Positions 35,507 through 44,286 of a stretch of DNA of 64,000 bases are shown in pieces. The translations under genes and the position numbers were made by a program. How positions within the stretch are numbered: position 1 is the first letter of the stretch; each line of letters begins with the position of its first letter. The stretch is from Rubrobacteraceae bacterium (GTDB lineage: Bacteria; Actinomycetota; Rubrobacteria; Rubrobacterales; Rubrobacteraceae). A model generated the notes under the pieces. The model was not told where the DNA came from, did not search any database, and saw only the letters and a list, made by a program, of their open reading frames with translations. The stretch spans positions 4,472-68,471 of the forward strand of contig JAUJNO010000010.1 in the NCBI GenBank assembly GCA_030448125.1. Reading direction: 5' to 3'.

Positions 35507-36574
35507 GTGGGGCTTCGAGGGTATAATCGCGCTCGTCGTGAGCGAAAGAAACCGAAGGGGACGTATAGGGAAGGGTTGGGTGGCGGAGGCTTGAGCGTTG
35601 CGCTTGTAGGAGTCGGAGTCTTGCAGACGGTGGTGTATTTGCTGTTCATCCGGGCTATAGACCTCTACGAGCGGGAGGAGCTCAAGTACGTGCTCCCGGT
35701 CTTCATCTGGGGGATGACGGGGGCGGTCGTGATCTCGCTCTTCTTCAACACCTTGTTCGCCGTGGCCCTGGGCGCGGTGGTCAACGCCGAGGCCGCGGAG
35801 GCCCTCACGGCGATCTTCGTCGCGCCCGTGGTCGAGGAGGGCGCCAAGGGGCTCGCGCTCCTGCTCGCGTTCGCGGTAGCGTCGGTCGTCTCGTTGCGGC
35901 GGGGCGGCATCGAGTTCTCGGGGGTCATGGACGGCATCGTGTACGGTTCGGCGGTGGGGTTCGGGTTCTCGATAGTCGAGGATATCAGTTACTACGCCCA
36001 ACTCGGCGAGGAGACCTTCGTCATCCGGCGCATCTTCGGGGGCTTCGGCCACGCGGCCTTTACTTCGCTCACCGGGATCGGGATCGGCTTGATCCCCTGG
36101 GTGCGTTCGCCTTTCCTGAAGGTCCTTCTGCCGGTATTGGGGCTCGCGGCCGCCATCCTGATGCACTCGCTCTTCAACTTTACGGGGGCTTTCTTCGGGC
36201 CTGTGGCGTACGTCCTACTGTTGCTGGTGCTCCTGGCCTACGTCCTCCTCATCGTGATCTGGCTGGCCATCGAACGGAGGACCATCCGCGGGGAGCTCAG
36301 GGACGAGGTGGCGGCGGGCACGATCAGCGCGGGCGAGTACGCCATCCTCCCGACCTACTTCGCCCGGACGTTCTACTACCTCGGCTTGATCTTCTCGGGG
36401 CGCCTGAGCGAGTGGCGGCGCGTGAGAAAGATTCACGAGGCCGCGGTGAACCTCGCCTTCACCAAGCGCCTGAGCCGCGAGCCACACGCCGCCCCGCAGC
36501 GACGCAAGGTCGAGCTCCTCAGAGGCCGCATAGCCGAGTTGAGGGGCGGACGTACCCTCCGGTTTGGCTCGTAA
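35507..36574 (+). CDS. PrsW-family intramembrane metalloprotease
   Basis: VVEEGAKGLAL (EExxK), FGHAAFTSLTG and HSLFN motifs within multi-TM topology. Start position is uncertain. Confidence 0.75.
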   Translation: MGLRGYNRARRERKKPKGTYREGLGGGGLSVALVGVGVLQTVVYLLFIRAIDLYEREELKYVLPVFIWGMTGAVVISLFFNTLFAVALGAVVNAEAAEALTAIFVAPVVEEGAKGLALLLAFAVASVVSLRRGGIEFSGVMDGIVYGSAVGFGFSIVEDISYYAQLGEETFVIRRIFGGFGHAAFTSLTGIGIGLIPWVRSPFLKVLLPVLGLAAAILMHSLFNFTGAFFGPVAYVLLLLVLLAYVLLIVIWLAIERRTIRGELRDEVAAGTISAGEYAILPTYFARTFYYLGLIFSGRLSEWRRVRKIHEAAVNLAFTKRLSREPHAAPQRRKVELLRGRIAELRGGRTLRFGS

Positions 36575-37202
36575 AACGCCCTTGCACGAAACCTCGGGAG
36601 CTACCGGAGTGATCCTGGCCGGCGGAGAGAGCCGCCGGATGGGCCGGGACAAGCTCCCGCTGAAGATCGGGGAGAAGCCCCTCCTCGACCGGGTCCACCT
36701 TGCCTTGGCGTTCAACTGCGATGAGATCCTCGTCGTCGGCGACGCCAAAAGCGAAGGGTACGTCCCCGCCGGGGCCCTCCACGTCCCCGACCTGCGTCCC
36801 GGCCGCCAGGGCCCGCTCGCGGGCATCGAGGCCGGGCTCCTCGCCGCGCGTCACAGACCCGTCTTCGTCGCGGCCGGCGACATGCCGTTCCTCACCGGAG
36901 ACCTCGTGGGGTACCTGCTTGGCCTGCTCTCCGGCGGCGTACCGGCCGTCGTGCCCGACCTTGGGGGCACATTGCACCCGCTGTGCGCTGCGTACGGGCG
37001 GGAGGTGCGGCCCGCGGTGAGCGCGGCCCTCGACCGGGGCGTAAGGGCTGTACGCGAGCTGCTCGAGAATTTGCCTGATGTGCGGTACGTCCGGGAGGGG
37101 GAATTGCGGCGCTTCGGCGATCCGAACCTCCTGCTCACGAACGTCAACTCGCCCGAAGACCTCGCGCGGGCGCGGAGGGCACTTCACGGCGGCGAAGAAT
37201 GA
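36564..37202 (+). CDS. mobA: Molybdenum cofactor guanylyltransferase
   Basis: GVILAGGESRRMGRDK and AAGDMPF motifs. Confidence 0.8.
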   Translation: MARKTPLHETSGATGVILAGGESRRMGRDKLPLKIGEKPLLDRVHLALAFNCDEILVVGDAKSEGYVPAGALHVPDLRPGRQGPLAGIEAGLLAARHRPVFVAAGDMPFLTGDLVGYLLGLLSGGVPAVVPDLGGTLHPLCAAYGREVRPAVSAALDRGVRAVRELLENLPDVRYVREGELRRFGDPNLLLTNVNSPEDLARARRALHGGEE

Positions 37203-37828
37203 GGGAAGCTACGCAACCGGCCGTGCCCGACTCCCTCTTTGGCGAGCTTCGGACGCTCGTTCGGGTGTACCGCGGTGAGCCGGTGTTCCCGCAAATCGCC
37301 GCTTTAGAAGGAGGTGCCGGGGTGGCGGTGGTGCTCGGGGCACAGGTTTTGCCCGGGGGGAGGCCGAGCGGTACGCTCCATGCACGGGCTCTGCATGCGG
37401 CCAGGCTCCATGCTGCCGGTACGGTCGGATTGCTGATACCGACGGGAGGTGTCGGGGAGCATCCGCCGAGCGAGGCGGAGGTGATGGCGAGGATACTGCG
37501 GGAGGCGGGCGTCCCCGAGGAGGACATCTTGCCCGAAGGGAAGGCGCGGAGCACGCGGGAATCGGCGCGGCTGGTTGCGTCGATGGCGAGGGGAAGGGGG
37601 ATACGGAGTCTGGTGCTCGTTACGGACCCTTTGCACTGCGTACGGGCCATAGAGGCGTTCCGGGTGGAGGGTTTCGAGGCGCAAGCCTCTCCGGTGTATA
37701 GTAGCCCGATGTGGCACAAGCGGGGGCTACGCCGGGGGCAGTTCGCTAGGGAGGTCGGGGCGCTTCTTTGGTACAGGATGAGGCGAGGAAGGGAGAAGCG
37801 GAGAGCAGGGTCGCGCTCTCGGCCGTAG
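37199..37828 (+). CDS. YdcF/ElyC (DUF218) family protein
   Basis: VLGAQVLPGGRPS....R...A.........LIPTGG......SEAEVM...L...GVP...I..E..ARSTRES pattern. The ATGA start overlaps the mobA stop. Confidence 0.75.
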   Translation: MREATQPAVPDSLFGELRTLVRVYRGEPVFPQIAALEGGAGVAVVLGAQVLPGGRPSGTLHARALHAARLHAAGTVGLLIPTGGVGEHPPSEAEVMARILREAGVPEEDILPEGKARSTRESARLVASMARGRGIRSLVLVTDPLHCVRAIEAFRVEGFEAQASPVYSSPMWHKRGLRRGQFAREVGALLWYRMRRGREKRRAGSRSRP

Positions 37829-38688
37829 CCGTGGGCGTGCTCGCCGTCTCGGCGGCGGCCATCTTTATCCGCCTCGCGGACGCCCCGGCGCTCGCGGTCG
37901 CCTTCTGGCGGAATGCTCTGGGCGTTCTCGTGCTCTTGCCCCTCGCTCTCTATCGGCGGGAGACATTGCCGCGGGGGCGGGATCTGTGCTACGGGGTCGC
38001 TTCCGGGGTGGCGTTGGGGGCGCATTTCGGGTTCTGGATCTCCTCGCTCGACTACACGAGCGTGGCGGCGAGCGTGGTGCTGGTATGCACCCAGCCGGTC
38101 TTCGTGGCGATACTAGCGTACCTCGTCTTCGGGGAGCGTACCTCCCCAGTGTCTTTCTCTGGCATCCTGGTCGCGCTCGCCGGGACGGCGGTAATAGCTT
38201 CGGACGGGTCGCTCCTTTCGGCCACGTTCTTCGGGAACGCGCTCGCGGTGATCGGGGCAGTAGCGGTCGCCGTCTACGTCCTCATCGGCCGCTCCTTACG
38301 CACCACGGGCATCGGCGTCTTGCCGTACTCCATAGTCGTCTACGTATCGGCCTCCGTGGCGCTCTTGCCCGCGGCGCTGTACTCGGATGTGCCTCTTTGG
38401 GGTTACTCCGGCGAGACGTGGTTTTGGCTGTTTGCGATCACGCTAGGACCCCAGATCCTGGGCCACACCGTCTTTAACTGGGCGCTTAGATACGTCGAAG
38501 CCTCCATAATCTCCGGCACGATCCTCGCCGAGCCGGTCGTCTCGGCGTTTCTGGCGTGGCTCGTACTCTCCGAAAAGCCCGGCCTGATTACCGTTCTCGG
38601 TGGTGCGGTCGTCCTCTTTGGCCTCTTCTTGCTCCTGCGCGGCTACGAAAAGAAACCCGGGGAGCCTCCCGTGGAGCCGGTGGCCTGA
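37768..38688 (+). CDS. EamA/DMT-superfamily transporter
   Basis: Ten hydrophobic segments with two EamA repeats. GTG 37831, just after the upstream stop, is an alternative start. Confidence 0.8.
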   Translation: MVQDEARKGEAESRVALSAVAVGVLAVSAAAIFIRLADAPALAVAFWRNALGVLVLLPLALYRRETLPRGRDLCYGVASGVALGAHFGFWISSLDYTSVAASVVLVCTQPVFVAILAYLVFGERTSPVSFSGILVALAGTAVIASDGSLLSATFFGNALAVIGAVAVAVYVLIGRSLRTTGIGVLPYSIVVYVSASVALLPAALYSDVPLWGYSGETWFWLFAITLGPQILGHTVFNWALRYVEASIISGTILAEPVVSAFLAWLVLSEKPGLITVLGGAVVLFGLFLLLRGYEKKPGEPPVEPVA

Positions 38689-38817
38689 ATATCCTCCCCG
38701 GCTTCGAGCTGGAACTGCGCAAAGTCTGGTGATCGGGACGTTTTCGAGTTCCTGTGAGGCTGGCGGACGCGGACGGTGTTCGGTCGAGACCGTCCACGCG
38801 CGATGATGTATGCTCAA

Positions 38818-38841
38818 GCGCGTGAGCGGACGCGCGTTTTT
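38818..38841 (+). terminator. Intrinsic terminator-like hairpin
   Basis: GCGCGT-gagcgg-ACGCGC is followed by GTTTTT. A second 7-bp hairpin lies at 38771-38795. Confidence 0.55.
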
Positions 38842-38852
38842 CGGAGTGGCTG

Positions 38853-39494
38853 TTGAGCCCGTTTAGGGTGGGGTTCGTCTATGGGACGGTGGCGGTCGTC
38901 ATCGCGCTGGCGGCGGACCTGCGCTTTCTCTACGTCGATCCTCAGGGGATTCCGGATTGGATCCTCACGGTCATCGAGGGGTTCCGTACGCAGTTGGCCC
39001 TTGCCGCTTTCCTCTTCCTGGGCGTCCTCGCGGCCCTCCGGGTGCGGCCGGTGCGCAACGACCCGGATGTCCCTTATCGCTCCCTGCTGCTGCGCGACTG
39101 CGCGCTCGCGTCGACCATCGTCGCTGTAATGGCCGGCGTAACGCTCTTCGTCGTAACCGCCCTTAGCGCGACACTCCTTGCTGACGAGATACGTGTCTAC
39201 GCCCTCGACGCCGCTCCTAGCATCGTCGCCTACAACGAGAAGGTGGCCGGGCGGGTCAGTGACCCTCCCCCGATCCCCAGCGTCGAAGAGATCGAAGCAG
39301 GCCTTCAACCTCCCGTCCTCCGGGACCTGGGGCGCTCCATGGCCAACCTCGTCCTGCGGGCGATCCTCCTCGGTACCGTAGGCGCCCTGGTCGGCGCTCT
39401 GCGCGGCTCCTTCGGTTCGAATGACCCCGGATGGGACGCCACGCTTGCGGAGAAGGAAGTCACTCCGAGCGACGGGAAGAGCCCGGAGGGGTGA
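38853..39494 (+). CDS. Hypothetical membrane protein, translationally coupled to cbiB
   Basis: 213 aa, 4 TM. Its TGA overlaps the cbiB GTG (GTGA at 39491-39494). Confidence 0.5.
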   Translation: MSPFRVGFVYGTVAVVIALAADLRFLYVDPQGIPDWILTVIEGFRTQLALAAFLFLGVLAALRVRPVRNDPDVPYRSLLLRDCALASTIVAVMAGVTLFVVTALSATLLADEIRVYALDAAPSIVAYNEKVAGRVSDPPPIPSVEEIEAGLQPPVLRDLGRSMANLVLRAILLGTVGALVGALRGSFGSNDPGWDATLAEKEVTPSDGKSPEG

Positions 39495-40450
39495 TCCGGG
39501 TTCGCGGGGCATCGGTCGCGTCGGCGCTGCTCGCCGACGCCCTCCTCGGTGAACCGCCCGAGGCTACCCACCCCGTAGTCCTCATGGGCCGCGCCATCTC
39601 GGCCTTCGAGAAGCGGGTATTCGCCCTCAAGGAGTCTCATCAACTAAGGCTTGCGGGAATATTTCTGGCGGTGGTGCTCCCCACGCTCTCCTTCGCCCTC
39701 GCCCGCATCATCCTGCGCCTCGCGCCACGGAAGCTCCGTTGGTCGTTCGAGGTCGGGCTTCTCTCCACCGCCCTCTCGATGCGCGGCCTCGGACGGGCAG
39801 CCCTCGCCGTCGAACGCGAGCTCGAGAGCGGCGACCTGGAGGCGGCCCGCGCCCGCGTCGGAGAGTTCGTCGGACGCGACACGGCACACCTCCCTTCGAA
39901 CGAGGTCGCCCGGGCGGCGATCGAGTCGGTCGCCGAGAACACGAGCGACGGCGTCGTCGCCCCGATGCTCTACGGCCTACTTTTGGGAGCGCCGGGCGCT
40001 CTGGCCTATAAGGCCGTGAACACTTTAGACTCGATGGTTGGCCACCTGCATCCTCCTTACAAAGACCTCGGATGGGCCTCCGCCCGTCTGGACGACCTCG
40101 CAAACCTCCTCCCGGCCCGCCTCACCGTGCTCCTGGCCGCCGCCGTCTCCGGCTCCGCGGGCGGAACCGGCGTCGCCGCAACCCTAACTACCGCCCGCCG
40201 CTACGGGCCGCTGACGAAGAGCCCGAACGCGGGCTGGGCCGAGGCCGCCTTTGCCGGAGCTTTGAGCCTCAGGCTCGGCGGCGCGAACTCTTATGGAGGC
40301 GTTCCGCGGAAGGGAGTCGTTCTCGGGACCGGACGCCCGCCGGAGGCCGCCGACATCCGGCGGGCGGTGCGCCTCATGCGCCGGGTCTGCCTCTCTCTCG
40401 CCGGCCTGGCTCTGGCTGCGACCCTGGCAGGGGGACGCGCCGGTGGTTAG
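39491..40450 (+). CDS. cbiB: Adenosylcobinamide-phosphate synthase (CbiB/CobD family)
   Basis: LLADALLGEPPE..HPVVLMG, ESVAENTSDGVVAPM and NAGWAEAAFAGAL motifs. Confidence 0.85.
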   Translation: MIRVRGASVASALLADALLGEPPEATHPVVLMGRAISAFEKRVFALKESHQLRLAGIFLAVVLPTLSFALARIILRLAPRKLRWSFEVGLLSTALSMRGLGRAALAVERELESGDLEAARARVGEFVGRDTAHLPSNEVARAAIESVAENTSDGVVAPMLYGLLLGAPGALAYKAVNTLDSMVGHLHPPYKDLGWASARLDDLANLLPARLTVLLAAAVSGSAGGTGVAATLTTARRYGPLTKSPNAGWAEAAFAGALSLRLGGANSYGGVPRKGVVLGTGRPPEAADIRRAVRLMRRVCLSLAGLALAATLAGGRAGG

Positions 40451-41546
40451 GGGCTGGTCCGCCTCCCCGGACGGCCGTCACCACGGCGCTCACTACGCCG
40501 AGGCCGCCAGGACTCTGGGCGCCCGCCCGGACGGCTTCCTGGACTTCAGCGCGAACATCAACCCTCTGGGTCCATCCGAATCGGCGCTCGCCGCCGGGGC
40601 CGATGCCTTGTACGGGGAGGCCGGACGCTACCCGGACTTACACTACGCGGAGTTGCGTGCGGCCCTCGCCGGCTACCTCGGGGTGTCGCCCGGCATGATA
40701 CTGCCTACCAACGGCGGGGCGGAGGCGCTGTTCCTGGCCGCCCGGGTCGCGGTGGAGGGGTCTGCTGGAAGGAAGGCCGTCGTTCTGGAGCCGACGTTCA
40801 GCGAGTACGCCGTGGCAGCCCGCGCCGCCGGTTTCGAGGTCGAGCGCGTGGTGGCCCGGCGGCCCGAGACCGCCTTCCGCCTCGACCTCGCTGTACTCGA
40901 AAACACGCTGGATCTCTTGCGCGACGTCGGCCTCGTCTTTCTGTGCAACCCGAACAACCCGACGGGCGACGCAATGCGGCGGCAGGGGGTGTTGCGGGCG
41001 GCGGAGACGGTCCGGGAGGCGGGGGCCGTCCTCGTGGTCGACGAGGCCTTCGTCGACTTCGCGCCGCGCCTCAGTGTCGCTCCGGAGGTCGAGGAGGGGC
41101 TCTACGTGGCACGCTCGTTTACCAAGTTCTTCGCGGTGCCGGGGCTCAGACTCGGCTGTCTCGTCGCCCGGGAGCCCGAGCGCGTGCGGGCCTTCCAGCC
41201 CTCGTGGCCGGTCAACGCGGTCGCGGCGGCCGTCGGCGTCGCTGCCGCCGGGGATGAAGGCTACGCCGAAGCCACGCTCGCGGAGGTGGCACTGAGGCGT
41301 GGGGAGCTCTTCTCAGCGCTCGGGGGGCTGAAGGGGATCACACCTTACCCCGGCGCAGCGAACTTCTTGCTTGTGCGGGGACCGGAAGGGCTGGTGGAGG
41401 AGCTCGCCCGGAGGGGTGTACTGGTCCGGGGATGCGAGCCTTTTCGGGGGCTCGGGCCGGACTTCTTCCGGGTGGCGGTGCGGGGGGCGGGGGAGAACGA
41501 GCGGCTCGTGGAGGAGTTGCGCGGCGTGCTGGGGGAGGCGCCGTAG
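40443..41546 (+). CDS. cobD: Threonine-phosphate decarboxylase (class I/II aminotransferase fold; CobD/CobC)
   Basis: DFSANINPLGP, FLCNPNNPTG and the PLP-lysine context RSFTKFFAVPGLRLG. GTG 40443 overlaps the cbiB stop by 8 nt. Confidence 0.8.
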   Translation: MVRGWSASPDGRHHGAHYAEAARTLGARPDGFLDFSANINPLGPSESALAAGADALYGEAGRYPDLHYAELRAALAGYLGVSPGMILPTNGGAEALFLAARVAVEGSAGRKAVVLEPTFSEYAVAARAAGFEVERVVARRPETAFRLDLAVLENTLDLLRDVGLVFLCNPNNPTGDAMRRQGVLRAAETVREAGAVLVVDEAFVDFAPRLSVAPEVEEGLYVARSFTKFFAVPGLRLGCLVAREPERVRAFQPSWPVNAVAAAVGVAAAGDEGYAEATLAEVALRRGELFSALGGLKGITPYPGAANFLLVRGPEGLVEELARRGVLVRGCEPFRGLGPDFFRVAVRGAGENERLVEELRGVLGEAP

Positions 41547-42067
41547 CGGTACGTGCCCTGATCCTCGGAGGCGCCCGCAGCGGCAAGAGCGCCTTCGCCG
41601 AAGAGCGCGCGCTGGAGCTCGGCGGCGGGGATGTCCTCTACGTCGCGACCGCCCTCGCGCGCTCCAACGACCCGGAGCTTGCGCGGCGCATCGAAGCCCA
41701 TCGCGAGAGGCGCCATCACGATTGGGGCCTCCTGGAGATTGCGGGCGGGAGCATGGACCCGGTCCTCGAAGCTACGCATGGATGGGGCGCGGTGCTGATC
41801 GACTCCCTCACCCTCTGGGCCTCCGCCCGAATGCTCAAGGGAGACGAGAGCGGGACGCTGCGGGAGTTCGAGCGGTTCGTGGGGCGCGTGGGGATGCTGC
41901 CCGAACCCGTGATCCTGGTTAGCGACGAGGTCGGGCTCGGGGTGGTACCCGAGAGCGCCGAAGGACGACGTTTCAGAGACCTCCTCGGCCTGGTGAACCA
42001 GCGCGCCGCCGCTGCCGCCGAAGAGGTACACCTGTGCGTCGCCGGGATAGCGCAAAGGATCAAGTAA
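41432..42067 (+). CDS. cobU: Adenosylcobinamide kinase / adenosylcobinamide-phosphate guanylyltransferase (true start uncertain, probably near 41558)
   Basis: LILGGARSGKS P-loop, and VSDEVGLGVVPES. The conserved N-terminus begins about 12 nt after the cobD stop, where only CTG or ATC codons are available. Confidence 0.8.
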   Translation: MRAFSGARAGLLPGGGAGGGGERAARGGVARRAGGGAVAVRALILGGARSGKSAFAEERALELGGGDVLYVATALARSNDPELARRIEAHRERRHHDWGLLEIAGGSMDPVLEATHGWGAVLIDSLTLWASARMLKGDESGTLREFERFVGRVGMLPEPVILVSDEVGLGVVPESAEGRRFRDLLGLVNQRAAAAAEEVHLCVAGIAQRIK

Positions 42068-42068
42068 A

Positions 42069-42818
42069 GTGCGCGCCCTCCTGGCCTTCTTCACGGTGTT
42101 GCCTGTCGCGACCCCCGGATCTTCCCTCGAAGACGCAGCACGCAGAGTCTACTTTCTCCCCTTAGTCGGCCTCCTCACCGGCCTCCCCGGAGCAGCGCTT
42201 CTCCTGCTCGCCTTCGCCATACCCTCCGGGGTCGCCGCCACCCTCGCGCTTGGGGCCGTACTCCTGGCGGCGGGTCTGCATCACACCGACGGCGTGATGG
42301 ACGTGGGCGACGCCCTGATGGTCCAGGGTACTCCCGCGCGGCGGCGGGAGGTCCTGAAGGACGCACGCGTCGGCGTGGGCGCCGTCGGGGCGCTCTTCAT
42401 TGTCTATGGACCACCGCTCGCGGCCCTCGCGGCGTTCGCGGACGCCTCGCCGGTGGGGGCGGCCGCGGCACTCCTCGCCGGCGAGGTCGCCGCCCGCTCC
42501 GCGATACTTCTCCTGCTCGTCTTCGGCAGACCGGCCGAGGAAAGTTCCTCCTCAGCGCACTTCGTGCGTTCCTTAAAAGAGGGGAGGCGAAGATTTATCG
42601 CCCTGATCCTGGCGCTCGCGCTCCCGCCCCTGGTAGCGCTCTCGCTCGGACCGGCCGCGCTCCTCGTGGCCTTCGTCGCGCCTGCCGCGACGGTCCTCTT
42701 CGCGCTCGTGTTGGCGAGGAGAGTCTTTGAGGGTATAAGCGGAGACGTAGCGGGCGCCGCGGGAGAGCTGGCGCGGGCGGTGCTTCTGGTCACGCTTTCT
42801 ATAGTGATCAGTTATTAG
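42069..42818 (+). CDS. cobS: Adenosylcobinamide-GDP ribazoletransferase (cobalamin synthase)
   Basis: FFTVLPV N-terminus, HHTDGVMDVGDAL motif, multi-TM topology. Confidence 0.85.
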   Translation: MRALLAFFTVLPVATPGSSLEDAARRVYFLPLVGLLTGLPGAALLLLAFAIPSGVAATLALGAVLLAAGLHHTDGVMDVGDALMVQGTPARRREVLKDARVGVGAVGALFIVYGPPLAALAAFADASPVGAAAALLAGEVAARSAILLLLVFGRPAEESSSSAHFVRSLKEGRRRFIALILALALPPLVALSLGPAALLVAFVAPAATVLFALVLARRVFEGISGDVAGAAGELARAVLLVTLSIVISY

Positions 42819-42957
42819 TTTTCAGTAGTCAGATTCTCTATCATCGGCAAAGGCCGGAGGCGCGGGACGCTATCAATTTTCCGGCGCAACGAGTCGTACT
42901 GCCCGCCGGATTTCGCTTTCGCGTTCTTCTGATAACTGAAACTGAATACTAAGAACT
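42810..42957. repeat. AT-rich imperfect inverted repeat spanning the cobS / MBL-hydrolase convergent spacer
   Basis: AGTTATTAGTTTTCAGT..TCAGA (42810-42833) pairs with TCTGA..ACTGAATACTAAGAACT (42928-42957). The long arm matches at 15 of 17 positions. An internal CCGGCG/CGCCGG hairpin is followed by a T-rich tract. Confidence 0.5.
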
Positions 42958-43681
42958 AACTAGCCAGATCGTCGCCGGGCTGCATGACGTGTACGACGGC
43001 GTCGGGGGCAATGTTGGAGAGGTGGTTCTGGAACTGCTCGGGGGTGCCGGGGAGGAACGGGAAGGTCCCGTAGTGGATCGGGACTACGTGGTCCACGCCC
43101 AGGAGGCGAACGGCGTGGGCGGCCTCGAAGGGGCTCATCACGACCTGGTCGCCGATGGGCAAGAGGGCGAGGTCGGGACGGTAGAGCTCGCCGATGAGCC
43201 GCATGTCGCCGAAGAGGGCGGTGTCGCCCGCGTGGTAGAGCTTGAAGCCGCTCTCGAACTCCAGGATGTACCCCATGGGCTCGCCGGCGTAGACGATGGT
43301 CCCGTCCTCTTCGGTGATGCTCGAGGAGTGGAAGGCGTGGGTCGCGGTCACCTTGACGCCGCCGACCTGGGCGGTGCCGCCCTTCTGGATCGGGGTCGCG
43401 TTCTCCACGCCCTTGCCCTGCAGGTAGGAGAAGATCTCGAAGTTCGCCACTACCATCGCCCCGGTCTGCTGGGCGACGGGTATGGCGTCGGCGAAGTGGT
43501 CGAAGTGGCCGTGCGTGATGAGCATGGTGTCGAGCTCGCCGACCTCTTTCATGTCCTCCGGCGTCAGAGGGTTGTCCGTTAGAAAGGGGTCTATGAGGAT
43601 CTGCTCGGCTCCCGGGGTTACTATCCTGAAGGTCGCGTGCCCGAGGTAAGTGATCCTGGTCCCGCCGAGCATCTCATCCAC
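42956..43681 (-). CDS. MBL-fold metal-dependent hydrolase (UPF0173-like)
   Basis: ITHGHFDHF motif. 241 aa. Confidence 0.8.
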   Translation of the reverse strand: MDEMLGGTRITYLGHATFRIVTPGAEQILIDPFLTDNPLTPEDMKEVGELDTMLITHGHFDHFADAIPVAQQTGAMVVANFEIFSYLQGKGVENATPIQKGGTAQVGGVKVTATHAFHSSSITEEDGTIVYAGEPMGYILEFESGFKLYHAGDTALFGDMRLIGELYRPDLALLPIGDQVVMSPFEAAHAVRLLGVDHVVPIHYGTFPFLPGTPEQFQNHLSNIAPDAVVHVMQPGDDLAS

Positions 43682-43844
43682 GAAGAACCTCCATCCGTCT
43701 CAACCCTTTACAAGAGAAACAGCTTAGCGTATACCCGACGCGAATTCCGCGGAAACCGATGTATCGTCGGAGCGCGGCGGCGAAACAGCGCCCTTCCACC
43801 CGACTCTGGTATCTTACGCTCGGAAGTTGTGGACTTGCTAGATC

Positions 43845-44285
43845 GTGGGAGGAAAGCGTTTGAGGCTCGCTGTCGTTCTCGCGCTGATGGTCGGGGTGGC
43901 CGTGGCGTTCCAGGCGAACCTCACCTCGGCGGCGCAGCGTACGCTGGGTCCGGTCGTCATGGTCGCCTTGTCGGGACTCGCCACCACGGCTGTGGCGGCG
44001 GGTATCTCACCGTTCCTGGAGAAGCCGGAGTTCACGGGGCGGGCGATGGTCTACGCGGTGGTCTCCGGGGTTTTGGGGGCGTTCATCCTGGGCGGCATCG
44101 CCTACGCTGCGGGGCAGGGCGGGGTCGCGCGGACGATCTCGTTGGTGATCGCCACACAGCTCCTCGTGGGTCTGGTGCTCGACAGCGTCGGCTTCTTCGG
44201 GGCCGACCCGCGGGGCTTCAGCCCGCTAACGATCGTGGGCGTGGCCCTGATCCTGGTCGGCGGCGTTCTCGTGGTGAGGTACTAG
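43845..44285 (+). CDS. DMT-like small membrane transporter (DUF606/YdcZ-like)
   Basis: 146 aa, 4-5 TM segments. Pattern assignment is from memory only. Confidence 0.55.
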   Translation: MGGKRLRLAVVLALMVGVAVAFQANLTSAAQRTLGPVVMVALSGLATTAVAAGISPFLEKPEFTGRAMVYAVVSGVLGAFILGGIAYAAGQGGVARTISLVIATQLLVGLVLDSVGFFGADPRGFSPLTIVGVALILVGGVLVVRY

Positions 44286-44286
44286 T

